Shown here piece after piece: positions 30,132-41,822 of a stretch of 64,000 nucleotides of DNA. Positions within the stretch are counted from its first letter, which is position 1; every line of letters begins with the position of its first letter. The position numbers were made by a program, and so were the translations under genes. The stretch covers positions 224,001 to 288,000 of the forward strand of contig CAWCYI010000004.1 of NCBI GenBank assembly GCA_963799845.1. The letters run 5' to 3'. The notes below the pieces were generated by a model. The model did not search any database, was not told where the DNA came from, and saw only the letters and a program-made list of their open reading frames with translations. The DNA is from an uncultured Nitrososphaerota archaeon (GTDB taxonomy: Archaea > Thermoproteota > Nitrososphaeria > Nitrososphaerales > CADDZS01).

Positions 30132-30182
30132 GATTTGAGCGGATATGCGATCAATGATTTGAGCGGATATGCGATCAATGAT
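30132..30182. repeat. Perfect 24-bp tandem duplication GATTTGAGCGGATATGCGATCAAT
   Basis: Copies at 30132-30155 and 30156-30179 plus a partial copy. Confidence 0.9.
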
Positions 30183-30226
30183 AGCCAAAGAGGAGAAGGA
30201 TCTATTAGAGGAAGGTTCGATTCTCA

Positions 30227-30589
30227 TTACCATTTGAAAAAGTAGCCCCTCCGTCTTAATTCGCCATCCAGCTCCATTTTTCTTGAACGTACTAGTTTTG
30301 CGGCAGCAAGAACGTCGGAATCGTTCCACCGCTTTAGCTCTTCTGGAGACAAAAGTTTCGACGTAGGGAAAGCTCCTTGTGATGTCAAGTCCAAGTAATC
30401 ATCCATCTTCTTAGATCCTCCGCAGTCCTGAGTTTCGAGTCGAGACTTCACATATTCCGCCAGCGCGTTCCTAAAGACTGATGTAATGTCGGTCCGATCT
30501 GCCTCAGCGAGGACGATAGCGGAGTCGAGAACCGATCTGTCACGCTCGCGAAAATTGACAGGGACCGTCCAATGTGGGCGCGGCGCCAC
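30227..30589 (-). CDS. Ribbon-helix-helix-like protein
   Basis: 'TVPVNF..D..VLD....A......TSVFRNALAEYV' beta-alpha-alpha pattern. Confidence 0.55.
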   Translation of the reverse strand: MAPRPHWTVPVNFRERDRSVLDSAIVLAEADRTDITSVFRNALAEYVKSRLETQDCGGSKKMDDYLDLTSQGAFPTSKLLSPEELKRWNDSDVLAAAKLVRSRKMELDGELRRRGYFFKW

Positions 30590-30660
30590 TATCTCTCAAT
30601 TCCATGAGTCATGGGTATGTGGTGCTGCTTGTACTGCTCTTAAGGATCGACAAACGTCCA

Positions 30661-31143
30661 TCAACTCTTCTCTTCGTATTCAATAATAACTGCCTCATGA
30701 TGTCGATACCTAGCGGTCCAACCGCCGATTTCGTCGCGCGCTCTAGCAAGTCCTTTTTCTGTGATTTTCCAAGTGCCGAGGGGTATACCATCGCCTACTC
30801 CAAGAACTTCGCTTTTTATGACGAGATTTTTTCGGGCAAACTTGATCACGCTATCGACAATCAACCTTTTAGATCCCGGGTAACGTGCTTTGAGGTCATC
30901 TTCGCTGAGATTTCCAAACCATTTTGCGCTCCTCACTTCTCGAATTGCGTCTTTCGTCAGCATACTCGCTTCGGCTGCCTTCGAGAGCACGAACAAAATC
31001 GGGATCTCGCAGTTACTGCAAGCGGGCGCCTGCGCTGTTATTCTTGTGATTACTTTGATTGGTCTGGTTTGCCTTTCTTTCGGCGGCTTTTGATTCTCGT
31101 TACCTTGGATCCACCTTTTTTCTACTAACTGAAGCTCCTTCAT
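30661..31143 (-). CDS. Mrr N-terminal-like winged-helix protein (no nuclease domain)
   Basis: 'IPIL..L...LSEDDL......IKFARKNLV....G.WKITEKG'. Confidence 0.65.
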   Translation of the reverse strand: MKELQLVEKRWIQGNENQKPPKERQTRPIKVITRITAQAPACSNCEIPILFVLSKAAEASMLTKDAIREVRSAKWFGNLSEDDLKARYPGSKRLIVDSVIKFARKNLVIKSEVLGVGDGIPLGTWKITEKGLARARDEIGGWTARYRHHEAVIIEYEEKS

Positions 31144-31387
31144 TTCGCAATTTCAAGAATCGCTTCAGAACTGAAGGGTTCCATATGCCTTGTCGTCTGG
31201 AAATACAGATGACTAGTCTGCGGAGCGCCTCGGCTCAACGATTCTAGAACAAACACTCAGCCTTTTCAGACGCGCACCTTATCGGTGGAAAGAAAACAAG
31301 GTGGATGATGGTTCAGTCGCACGATCTCCGAACTCCGAGGGTTCGAATGCAACACTAAATATTAGGTGGAATGCGCGTTTCGCCGTT

Positions 31388-32203
31388 CTAGCTGCCTTCG
31401 TCTTCGGTGGGCCTGCGAATCGATTTCGAGTCGTCGGGCTCTTTGTTGAAGTATTCGAAAACTTGCCCCGACACCGTCATGCCCATCTTCATGACGTGAG
31501 CCAGGGATGCGATGTTATCGTGCGAAATCTCAGCGAAGACTGAACGTGCGTGCCTCGACTTCAGCCACATCAGGCGTGCGTAGAGAAGGTCCTGCGCCAT
31601 TCCCGTTCTCCTGAATTGCGGCTTTACGTAAAGAGTGTGTACCCTGCCTATATCACCGACGAGTGATGCCCATCCCATCCCGACAATCCGATCTCCAATT
31701 TTAACAACGGAGCATATGTCTCCGTTGTTTAGAGCGACCCGAACCCATTTCTGGTTCGTCCCGGGACTTGCGGCGACCATGAATCGCTCAATTTCATCAA
31801 CGTCGTTTTCGATGAGGGTGACTTGATACTTGAAATTATGAGTGGGAACAGCTTTTACTTTTTCGATATTCATCGTGCAAATATCGTAAGCTTGGCTGGG
31901 GTGCTCCGTTTTGAGTTCTGAATAGAGAAAGGTGAACTCCTTCAGTCCATAGAATTTATCAAAGACCTCATGCGAATTTGTGTAGATCGTTCCGCCCTCC
32001 TCATACCCGTCGTACATGAACAGACCTGTGATGACTCCGTCGGAAGTCTTTGCGAGATATGCTTCTCCACCTGCTTCAACCGTCTCTTTCAGGTCGTGCT
32101 TAAGGTAGGGCTCGAAGAACGTGACGCCCTTCGGAAAGGCGTCGATCTCGGATGCGTCCTTTACTTCGGAAACTTGGATTTCTGACAGATTGACTTTCAC
32201 CAA
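31388..32203 (-). CDS. GNAT acetyltransferase
   Basis: 'LYVKPQFRRTGMA', 'DNIAS...KMG'. Confidence 0.85.
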   Translation of the reverse strand: MVKVNLSEIQVSEVKDASEIDAFPKGVTFFEPYLKHDLKETVEAGGEAYLAKTSDGVITGLFMYDGYEEGGTIYTNSHEVFDKFYGLKEFTFLYSELKTEHPSQAYDICTMNIEKVKAVPTHNFKYQVTLIENDVDEIERFMVAASPGTNQKWVRVALNNGDICSVVKIGDRIVGMGWASLVGDIGRVHTLYVKPQFRRTGMAQDLLYARLMWLKSRHARSVFAEISHDNIASLAHVMKMGMTVSGQVFEYFNKEPDDSKSIRRPTEDEGS

Positions 32204-33423
32204 TCAATAATCGTAAATTTCTTCGTCGCGCTTTCTTCTCCCAGTACATTGCCTATGTTCAGATCGAGACGGTCTGGCTCGCGGACAAGCTCGATGACCT
32301 CGTCGTCCTTCAGGGTGTCTTTCAGCAGGTACTCAAAGTGTAGTTTCCTATCAGCAGCGTAGCCGAACCGTCTGACGCGTTCGATTTCTATCTGCTCGTA
32401 AGCATACATTAGCTCGTACATTGATCTGTAGATCTGGTACTCCATTTTCTCTTCGATGGGGTCTTTTCCGCCCTCAGGATCTTTGTCCCAGACCGTTATC
32501 CATTCCAATCCTTCGAGGTCTGCCCAGAAGATTGTGCCATCGGGAGCCAAGACCGCGTCTTTGTCCAGCCAGACATCGTAAAAGTCCAGTCCGCTGTGAG
32601 TTCCGTTGTCGTTATTCTTCATCGACCTAGCAAACAGCGTCAGGACGGCCATGCCACTCTTTAGAAAATTCTTCTCGAACTCCATGGCTTCGTCGTTGCT
32701 GTCTATTCCAAAGAGGTCATAGACCCAGCCCGTGTCATCGCCGAGCGTGTGATCGGAATGAAAATAGATCCTGATGTTGGACGGAACAAGCCTTTCCTCC
32801 TGAACTATCGGCTGCTTGAATCTGCGGTACCAGTATACTTTCTTGGCTTCATCCTGAAATTCCTCGGGAAAATGGACTATCTTTACGATTGGAGCGATTC
32901 TAAATCCGTGAATGGATGTGGGTGCGTCGGCCATTTCAGCCGCTCTCATCGCGATTGATGCATAGTCCAATCCTTGTCCGCCGTAGGGCGAACCTCTAGA
33001 CCACAATTCTCCTGTGATATAGCGTGGTCTCATACTTTCTTTAGCGTTCATAATTTTGTTTTTTATTACAGAACTCTTCAGGAAACTGCATATCTCGGTC
33101 TTTTGGAACGGTTTGCGAGAAAACGGACCCGTAGTCGAACCGATGCCCTTTACGTTCTGATAAAAGTTCGTACCATCTATAGTTAGAGAAGACTTCGAAC
33201 CAACAACGCTTCTGTTGTCGTCCTGGATGAATTCTTTCCGCCCTAACGGAGAGAGGTCTGTGAAATGGCTCATGCTATCTGGAAGATAAATCCTCTCAAA
33301 GTCGGGCAGCTCAACGTTTTGAAAATGTTTGTTGGTCTGCACTTTCGAAGATTCATATACATTCAAAGTGAGAGGCATACCCTTCATTTTCATGGAAGAT
33401 TTTGCCCTAAACTCTAGTACCAA
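32197..33423 (-). CDS. Hypothetical protein, possible kinase-like/SelO-like fold
   Basis: 'NVKGIG', 'PYGGQG', 'DKD....DG..FWADLE'. Confidence 0.6.
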   Translation of the reverse strand: MVLEFRAKSSMKMKGMPLTLNVYESSKVQTNKHFQNVELPDFERIYLPDSMSHFTDLSPLGRKEFIQDDNRSVVGSKSSLTIDGTNFYQNVKGIGSTTGPFSRKPFQKTEICSFLKSSVIKNKIMNAKESMRPRYITGELWSRGSPYGGQGLDYASIAMRAAEMADAPTSIHGFRIAPIVKIVHFPEEFQDEAKKVYWYRRFKQPIVQEERLVPSNIRIYFHSDHTLGDDTGWVYDLFGIDSNDEAMEFEKNFLKSGMAVLTLFARSMKNNDNGTHSGLDFYDVWLDKDAVLAPDGTIFWADLEGLEWITVWDKDPEGGKDPIEEKMEYQIYRSMYELMYAYEQIEIERVRRFGYAADRKLHFEYLLKDTLKDDEVIELVREPDRLDLNIGNVLGEESATKKFTIIDW

Positions 33424-33434
33424 TGAATGTCACC

Positions 33435-34434
33435 TTAAGTTCCAGCGGATGGGTTGCCCATGTTCGATTTACTCGTATCCGATTTACGTCTTACAGAGAA
33501 ATCGTAAAAGACAATTACAACAACCACGACGATTGCAGCGACCACTAAAATGTAATCGACATATGGCGTTCCTGAATTACTGGTTGTGATACTTGTCGGA
33601 CCAACAACAGTCGTTGCACTAATAGAAGAGGTAGTTGGAGTAGCGGTCATCGAAGTCAATGAAGTCGAGGAACTAGAAGTAAAGATTGTCAGAGTCGTCG
33701 AACAGCACACCACTGATAGCAGATAACTGGTTGAAGTTACATACAAATCATCAGTGAAGCCGAATCCCGTGCCGTTGCCGTTGGGCGAAACGTCCTGTTC
33801 CACGTAGTGGTATCCGACGATGTAGCCCGTAGTAGGATCAAAGTACACGTCCCATGTGTATTTGGCGCTGAAGTTACCATAGGCGTTGTCTTCGGGGCTT
33901 CCGGTGTAGCTTCCACTTCCTTGCGCAAAAATGGTCGTGTCCTTCTGATTTTCGGTAGGAAGGTAAAAACTGTAATTTCTGGACATGATAGTCATCTGAG
34001 TGTTTAGCAGGACGAACGTGCCACCCACTGGCAGTGCATTATTCATCGCGAACCAGATAGTTGGATTCACATAACCTTGTTCATCGTCAGTTCCGTCAAC
34101 GTACAGGAAGCTAGAATCAGACCACGTGTAACTTCCTGATACGGTCGATGACGTGCTACTGCCCTGATTGTCACTGAACGAGTAGGAGTAACTATAGTTC
34201 GCGAATACGGTCGAACCGCTAACACCGTCCATAGTTTCTCCTCCGGTAACAACGCTCTGGTCCGTGTAGCCCGCGTCAGCTGCCAGTACCGTTTGCGACG
34301 GTCTCGACTTCGTGATAGTTGAAGTAGTCTCCCTGGGAGAATGCTACGGCCTTCGGCGCCATGCGCAATCCGATCGCGGAGACAATTAGAGTGAGCGACA
34401 GAAAGAGGACAAAGACCGGTCTTATCCGTGTCAA
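33435..34434 (-). CDS. Secreted, C-terminally anchored protein (1-nt insertion at 34277)
   Basis: Signal peptide from TTG 34434 joins ORF 33435-34232 across CAGCT; S/T linker plus TM. Confidence 0.75.
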
Positions 34435-36098
34435 CCCCAGAATCCTCCGACGCCGTGAGAATGCGCTTCGTGAGAACCGGTGATCTTGTTGTACGTTGTG
34501 TAGTAAGAATTGTGCGCGATGATTAATGGAAAGTAGTACCAGAAGAATGGAAATCCACCGTAGTAGCCTCCTCCATAATAATTCTGTCCACCATACGTAG
34601 ATTGCATCGCCTGCTGCTGAGTGTGCGTGAACTGAACTGGTGTATTGCTCATCCTAGCATTCGGATCCAATTTCTTCGCGAGTTCGTTGTTGACCCCGTG
34701 AACCATCCTGACGGCGAGACTTATCAGTTCGGAACGACCCAAGCCCGTTGCATAATTCCCCAGTATAGACGCGCCCTTCTCCATGAGATCGACTACTTCG
34801 GCAGCTTCGAGTGTTGACATCGAAGTAAGTATGGCAGCTGCCACAAGTGGATATTGCAAGTCATTCTGAATCATATCTACGATTGTGTTCAGCTTCGGCT
34901 TGACCTGATCTACTTCAGAACCTGAGATTGCCAGATAAGCAGAGGCAAGGTCTGTGTCCTCCGAAGTAGAGTGTCCCCAATCATCGAACAGTGATTTGAA
35001 CGCCCGGAACTTTTCGGTTAACTGATCTGATGGAATGTTTGTTATGGACAGAATCGCCGCTGCTTCGTGCGAATCAGTTAGTTTGGAATTTTGCACAAAT
35101 TTGTCGAATGCGGCGTCCGTCGTTTCATCAGGGGTCTTCGCATACAGAAGCGTGGCCGCGATGCCAGCCGATGATTCCTCGGCCACGTTAGCCTGAGTTC
35201 TGAGCTTCTCCTCAAGATATGTCAAGTCATCCGAGAGACTGCTAAAGTCGGCGTGAGTCGCCGTCATGATTTCTGCCGCCATCATCTTGCTTTCGATAGA
35301 CGAGTTGAAACGCCGGAGCTCGTCCATTGCCGCGAAGAACCGCGCCGTCATTTGGTCTTGATCGCCCTGGAGCTTTGCCAGACCTATTGCCACGCTCCAC
35401 AATTGAGACTCATCTGGTTCTGGCTTTGCCGTTTCAGCTTCATTGATGTCACCTCTGCTGTCTTCGGTGTAAACAGGAGCTGGTGCGTAATCGGAAATTC
35501 TTGCTCGAAATGTGGAGACATAAGAACTCGCTCTTTGCGCAATGGCTGTCAGTTCGTCAGTTGTGGCTTTGCTCTCTTGGATAAAGTCGGAGAACTCCAC
35601 GTCGGCAACCCGATAGTTCCTGGCGCCTAGATCGTTCAACATGATTACTCCTGCATCAGTAAGTGCAACATATTCATCACCGAAGGGAACTAGCCTGTCG
35701 AGCGACGATTTTTTCTGCACTAGTTCGCTGGCGTCGAAGTTACTTTCTCTAATGTCCAATTCCTGTTTGGAAAGCGCCTCCTTGTCCTGTTCGACCTGCT
35801 GGAGCTCTCGTTGCTTCTCCTCTTCGCCCTGAAAGTGGAACGTGATGCCTTGAGTTTTCTTCAAGTCCTGAGCGAGCGTCTCCTCGCTCCGTTCTTCTTG
35901 GGCTCGTACGGCCTCAATCTGCTGACTTCTCTGTTCCAAATCGGCAACTTCAGCTGCGGCCTGATCGTAGTCCGCTTTCGAAGTCCGCGAGACATAGCCG
36001 TTGGTCGAGAGAAAATCGAGGTCGCCCTGCGGAATTCGCTCCGTGATCGACTTGTCCGATATTTCAGACAGTAATGTCCATGCGTCGCTACACTTCAA
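34431..36098 (-). CDS. Helical/coiled-coil hypothetical protein with Gly/Tyr/His-rich C-terminus
   Basis: 555-aa ORF, overlaps the downstream gene by TTGA. Confidence 0.75.
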   Translation of the reverse strand: MKCSDAWTLLSEISDKSITERIPQGDLDFLSTNGYVSRTSKADYDQAAAEVADLEQRSQQIEAVRAQEERSEETLAQDLKKTQGITFHFQGEEEKQRELQQVEQDKEALSKQELDIRESNFDASELVQKKSSLDRLVPFGDEYVALTDAGVIMLNDLGARNYRVADVEFSDFIQESKATTDELTAIAQRASSYVSTFRARISDYAPAPVYTEDSRGDINEAETAKPEPDESQLWSVAIGLAKLQGDQDQMTARFFAAMDELRRFNSSIESKMMAAEIMTATHADFSSLSDDLTYLEEKLRTQANVAEESSAGIAATLLYAKTPDETTDAAFDKFVQNSKLTDSHEAAAILSITNIPSDQLTEKFRAFKSLFDDWGHSTSEDTDLASAYLAISGSEVDQVKPKLNTIVDMIQNDLQYPLVAAAILTSMSTLEAAEVVDLMEKGASILGNYATGLGRSELISLAVRMVHGVNNELAKKLDPNARMSNTPVQFTHTQQQAMQSTYGGQNYYGGGYYGGFPFFWYYFPLIIAHNSYYTTYNKITGSHEAHSHGVGGFWG

Positions 36099-36427
36099 TG
36101 TTCGATCGATTTACCTGCGTGAATTCGCTTTTGTTACCGAAGCGTGTACCGATTTAGATATACAATTATCGTTTGAATGCAAGGATTGGAAAGAAGGCGG
36201 GATCTAAGCCCAGAAGAAGAAGGAAAAGCATGTGAGTTCGCGATCCAAAAAGGTAAAAACCGCCTAATCACATCGAGGACTCGTTTTGGTCCGTGCGATT
36301 TTTTGAAGAATCAACTAAGATTGTTTATGATCAAAATGCTTGCTCTGAGGAAAATCACTTTCTTTCTGTGCATTTAGGAGTATTAATACAACCTTTTTGC
36401 TAGTATCAGTGGCTCTCTAACGGGCGT

Positions 36428-37474
36428 TTGACACAAATGCAAATTGGAATTGATAGCTTTGCGGCAGCTTACGACGATGCAAGCCTTTCAGTCAGCGAAT
36501 CCCAGCCATTGCTGAACTTGGTCGAACAGATAGAATATGCGGATCGTCTTGGACTGGACTCGTTTGGAATTGGGGAACACCACCGCAAGGAGTACCTCGA
36601 TTCGGCACCGACGGTCATTCTCGGAGCGGCGGCGGCAAGAACTAGCCGCATTCGGCTCACGAGTGCCGTGACTGTGCTGAGCGCTGCCGACCCAGTGCGC
36701 GTCTTTCAGAACTTTGCTACACTTGATCTACTCTCGAAGGGCCGAGCAGAGATGGTGGTCGGTCGGGGTTCTTTTATCGAGGCTTTTCCGCTCTTCGGAC
36801 TGGATCTCAAAGATTACGATGCTCTTTTTGCAGAGAAACTCGATCTGCTCTTGAAGATTCGTGAGAACGAGCACGTTACCTGGTCCGGGAAGTATCGGGC
36901 TCCCCTCACCGGAGAGGGAGTGTACCCGCGGCCCCTGCAGAATCCCCTGCCAATATGGATCGGCGTTGGCGGAACTCCGGAATCGTTCGTTCGTGCCGGT
37001 GCATTGGGTTTACCATTAATGGTGGCGATCATAGGCGGCGAAACGCGTGATTTCCGACCACTCGTCGATCTCTACAGGGACGCCGGCAGCGATTACGGAC
37101 ACTCACCTGATCAGTTGAAGGTGGGCATGCACTCACTCGGCTACGTCGCAGAGACAACCCAAAGAGCGGCTGACGACTTTTTCCCAGGCTATGCGCGCTC
37201 GTTCACCGATGTTGGAAAAGAACGCGGATGGGCGCCGGTGACTCGAGCTGATTTTGACGCTCAGCGAGGTCCAAACGGTGCATTGATGATCGGGGATCCT
37301 GACGAGGTAGCTGAGAAAATTATTCACCACAGCAAAGCGCTTGGCGGACTGTCACGGGTCACTTTTCAAATGAGCGTATCTTCATTGCCTCATGAAAAGC
37401 TCATGCGAGCTACCGAATTGCTGGGTACTCGCGTGGCGCCTTTGATTCGTGAAACAGTCGCAAAGGAAGCTTAA
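36428..37474 (+). CDS. LLM-class flavin-dependent oxidoreductase
   Basis: 'GIGEHHR', 'TSAVTVLSAADPVRVFQNFATLDL', 'GRGSFIE'. Confidence 0.93.
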   Translation: MTQMQIGIDSFAAAYDDASLSVSESQPLLNLVEQIEYADRLGLDSFGIGEHHRKEYLDSAPTVILGAAAARTSRIRLTSAVTVLSAADPVRVFQNFATLDLLSKGRAEMVVGRGSFIEAFPLFGLDLKDYDALFAEKLDLLLKIRENEHVTWSGKYRAPLTGEGVYPRPLQNPLPIWIGVGGTPESFVRAGALGLPLMVAIIGGETRDFRPLVDLYRDAGSDYGHSPDQLKVGMHSLGYVAETTQRAADDFFPGYARSFTDVGKERGWAPVTRADFDAQRGPNGALMIGDPDEVAEKIIHHSKALGGLSRVTFQMSVSSLPHEKLMRATELLGTRVAPLIRETVAKEA

Positions 37475-37525
37475 CGAGGAGATAAGAAATGATTGAAAGG
37501 AGAATCTGCTCGGGGTCAAAGCTTT

Positions 37526-37921
37526 TCAGCTAAATTCCCCGTTCATGTTTTTCTTCAATAATTTTTCCACCCTTGATTTCACCATTGTTCGATGGCAGTT
37601 CTCTCCCTCCTTCTCATAACACAAGAGGGTGACGTCTGCATCCTTGGAAAGCTGTACTATGCAATCTATCGCGGCTTTGCTTTCTTCAAGGCTAGTTAGT
37701 TGCTTCCGAAATCTTTTCGAGAACTCTGCCCACCCAATAACACCAGTCTTGTATTCTTTCAAAAGATCTGGGGTCGGCGATGCACCGCGTATCCAGAAAT
37801 CGAAACGTTCCTTCTTTACACCACGAGGATAAAACCTGGTTATAAGAATCCGAATACCGTCTGAGCCAGATTTATCTTCGTAGATTGATTTGGTTTGGAG
37901 AGCCAATACAACACTTGTCAA
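37526..37921 (-). CDS. DUF488 family protein
   Basis: 'DGIRILITRFYPRGVKK', 'VTLLCYE....CHR'. Confidence 0.85.
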   Translation of the reverse strand: MTSVVLALQTKSIYEDKSGSDGIRILITRFYPRGVKKERFDFWIRGASPTPDLLKEYKTGVIGWAEFSKRFRKQLTSLEESKAAIDCIVQLSKDADVTLLCYEKEGENCHRTMVKSRVEKLLKKNMNGEFS

Positions 37922-38049
37922 CCTGTTTGATGAAAAGCTTCAGCTCGTACGATAAACTTCTCTGTGGAATTACTATTTCGATATTAGAGTTGTCTTCAGG
38001 TAGCGATTAGATACACGCAGAAACAGCATGATTTGGTGCGGATCGGTAA

Positions 38050-39390
<1,341 letters not shown>

Positions 39391-39465
39391 GGGATTGAGC
39401 GGTACACTTAGATTCATAATAAGAGATAGGATGGGAAAGCTGTCCCGGAGTGCCTCGCCTGAAGC

Positions 39466-40644
39466 ATGTTAGATCAGTCCCAATCTATCCTTCAAAACAA
39501 AACGAAGTACTTCACTTTCGCCAGTCCACCGAATGAGATGGTTCTCGAAAGTGGAGAAATGCTCGGTCCGATAACGCTGGCGTATGAGACCTACGGGGCG
39601 CTAAGCAACTCCAAGTCGAATGCAATCCTGGTGCTCCACGCACTTTCAGGCGACGCGCATGCGACCAGCCTGGGTGAGCAGGGTGCCAATCCGGGATGGT
39701 GGGACACGATGATTGGACCCGGCAAAGCCATTGACACTGAAAAGTACTTTGTCATTTGCTCTAACGTACTAGGCGGTTGTCGCGGTTCGACTGGTCCTTC
39801 TTCCGTCAATCCAAGGACCGGGAAACCATACGGGTCAGAATTTCCGATCATAACGGTTCGAGACATGGTGAACGCGCAGCGCTTCCTGGTAGACTATCTG
39901 GGCATAGAAAGGCTGCTTTGCGTAGTGGGTGGATCTATGGGCGGAATGCAGGTTCTGCAGTGGATGATCGCCTACCCCGAGAGAATACGTTCCGCGATTC
40001 CGATCGCCACCACGATGAAGCACTCCCCTCAGCAAATCGCACTGGATGAAGTTGGTAGACAATCGATCATTGCCGACCCAAACTGGAGGGGAGGGGATTA
40101 TTACGGCCATGAGCCACCGGTGAAGGGACTTGCGGTCGCCAGGATGGTGGGGCACATAACCTACATGAGCGACATCTCGATGAACGAAAAGTTCGGCAGG
40201 AGGACCAGGAAGCCCTCGAAGGATTCAAAGTTCGAGCCGGTCTTCGAAGTTGAAAAATATCTCGAATATCGCGGCGACGACTTTGTGAAGCGATTTGACG
40301 CCAATTCGTACCTCTACATTACGAAGGCGATGGACTACTGCGACATCCTGGATTCGAAGAGCATTGACCAGGTCTTCAAGGGTGTCAAGGCAAAGGTCAT
40401 GGTCATCGCGTTCAAGTCCGACTGGCTGTATCCCGCGTACCAGTCGAAGGAGATAGTGAAGGCGTGCAAACTGGCGGGCCTTGAAACGACGTATTGCGAA
40501 GTCAACTCAACTTACGGCCATGATGCGTTTCTCTTGAAAGTCGAGGAGGAGACGCACCTGATCAGCCACTTTCTGAATTCCGTGACAAACGGGAATGCCA
40601 AGGGAACTCTTGTAAATGAAGCTCGAGCACAGAATAATCGTTGA
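39466..40644 (+). CDS. metX: Homoserine O-acetyltransferase
   Basis: 'HALSGD', 'GGSMGG', 'RFDANSY', 'GHDAFL'. Confidence 0.95.
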   Translation: MLDQSQSILQNKTKYFTFASPPNEMVLESGEMLGPITLAYETYGALSNSKSNAILVLHALSGDAHATSLGEQGANPGWWDTMIGPGKAIDTEKYFVICSNVLGGCRGSTGPSSVNPRTGKPYGSEFPIITVRDMVNAQRFLVDYLGIERLLCVVGGSMGGMQVLQWMIAYPERIRSAIPIATTMKHSPQQIALDEVGRQSIIADPNWRGGDYYGHEPPVKGLAVARMVGHITYMSDISMNEKFGRRTRKPSKDSKFEPVFEVEKYLEYRGDDFVKRFDANSYLYITKAMDYCDILDSKSIDQVFKGVKAKVMVIAFKSDWLYPAYQSKEIVKACKLAGLETTYCEVNSTYGHDAFLLKVEEETHLISHFLNSVTNGNAKGTLVNEARAQNNR

Positions 40645-41212
40645 TTGGGTCGATGAGGGCTCGAACGTCTTAGATCTTGGGTGTGGTGACGGAGAGCTAC
40701 TTTCAATCCTCGTAAAAGAAAAGAACGTGCACGCCCAGGGGACAGAGATCGACGAACAGCTGATCTACAAGTGCGTCGCGAGGGGTCTGAACGTTTTTCA
40801 TGAGGATATTGATGCAGGTCTGTCTGGGTACCCGGATGGTTCCTTCGATTTCGTAATACTCAGCGAAAGTTTGCAACAAGCAAAGCGCCCAGATTATGCA
40901 TTGAGCGAGGCACTGCGAGTTGGAAAAAACCTTGTTGTGAGTTTTCCCAATTTCGGCCGCTACACGGTCAGGTTCCAGATTCTTTTTCGCGGAAAGGTTC
41001 CCGTGACACCTGCTTTGCCTTTTGAATGGTACGACACCCCGAATTTGCATTTTTTGAGCATCTCGAACTTTTTTGACTACTGCAAGATAAAAAAAATCGA
41101 AATCAAAGATTCCGCTTACGTAACAAATGGCAAGAAAGTGAAGACACTTCCCAACCTTCTTGCTGAAAAGGGAATTTTCCTGCTTTCTAAAGAGGAAAAA
41201 TCTGAGAAATGA
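40616..41212 (+). CDS. metW: Methionine biosynthesis protein MetW
   Basis: 'VLDLGCGDGELL', 'SFPNFG', 'WYDTPNLH'; follows metX. Confidence 0.93.
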   Translation: MKLEHRIIVDWVDEGSNVLDLGCGDGELLSILVKEKNVHAQGTEIDEQLIYKCVARGLNVFHEDIDAGLSGYPDGSFDFVILSESLQQAKRPDYALSEALRVGKNLVVSFPNFGRYTVRFQILFRGKVPVTPALPFEWYDTPNLHFLSISNFFDYCKIKKIEIKDSAYVTNGKKVKTLPNLLAEKGIFLLSKEEKSEK

Positions 41213-41364
41213 TTAATCCGGAAGAACTAGGTTCATTAAACCAATTCGGAATTCTCCTGTATCAGGAAATTTTCGAGAATACTTACCCAATCGAGTCATT
41301 ACATGGTGTAATTATTGGGATTGAAGCCTTTTAACGCCGACTGGACGCATGTACATGATTTGAA

Positions 41365-41637
41365 ATGAGCGAAAGTACGTTTGCAGGCCCGAAATTTGAG
41401 CGTAGCCCCGCTGACATTGATATTCTTCAATATTCTTACAATCTGAAGAGAGCCTCGAAGACTGATCTGCATCAGGATCTTCTGTTTTATCAAATGCAAC
41501 TGGACTCGATTGAAAGAAAGCTGTCTTCGAAACTTACGATATCTGATTCCAGTCAAAAGTCGATAGCCCTAAGAAAAATTACCGCGTTGAACGACGAAGT
41601 CGAAAGACGAACCATGGAAGAATTCGAATCTGTATAA
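41365..41637 (+). CDS. Hypothetical protein
   Basis: 90-aa ATG ORF filling the gap. Confidence 0.45.
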   Translation: MSESTFAGPKFERSPADIDILQYSYNLKRASKTDLHQDLLFYQMQLDSIERKLSSKLTISDSSQKSIALRKITALNDEVERRTMEEFESV

Positions 41638-41822
41638 TCGAAAGCCATCTGGAAGTTTAGATGACAGTAAGCACTAGATTTTCACAGATCCTATTTTCTC
41701 GTTGAGATAATTCAGATAGTACCCGTCGACGATTCGTCCTTTTTCTCGCACTTCTCAATATTTTGGAAATCTATAGAATCTACTCGCAACGTATTCATAT
41801 CTTGGCCCTCTAAGAGGTAGGC

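Noticed and set aside
30132-30182. Mini-CRISPR array
   Set aside because: Repeats are directly adjacent with no spacer
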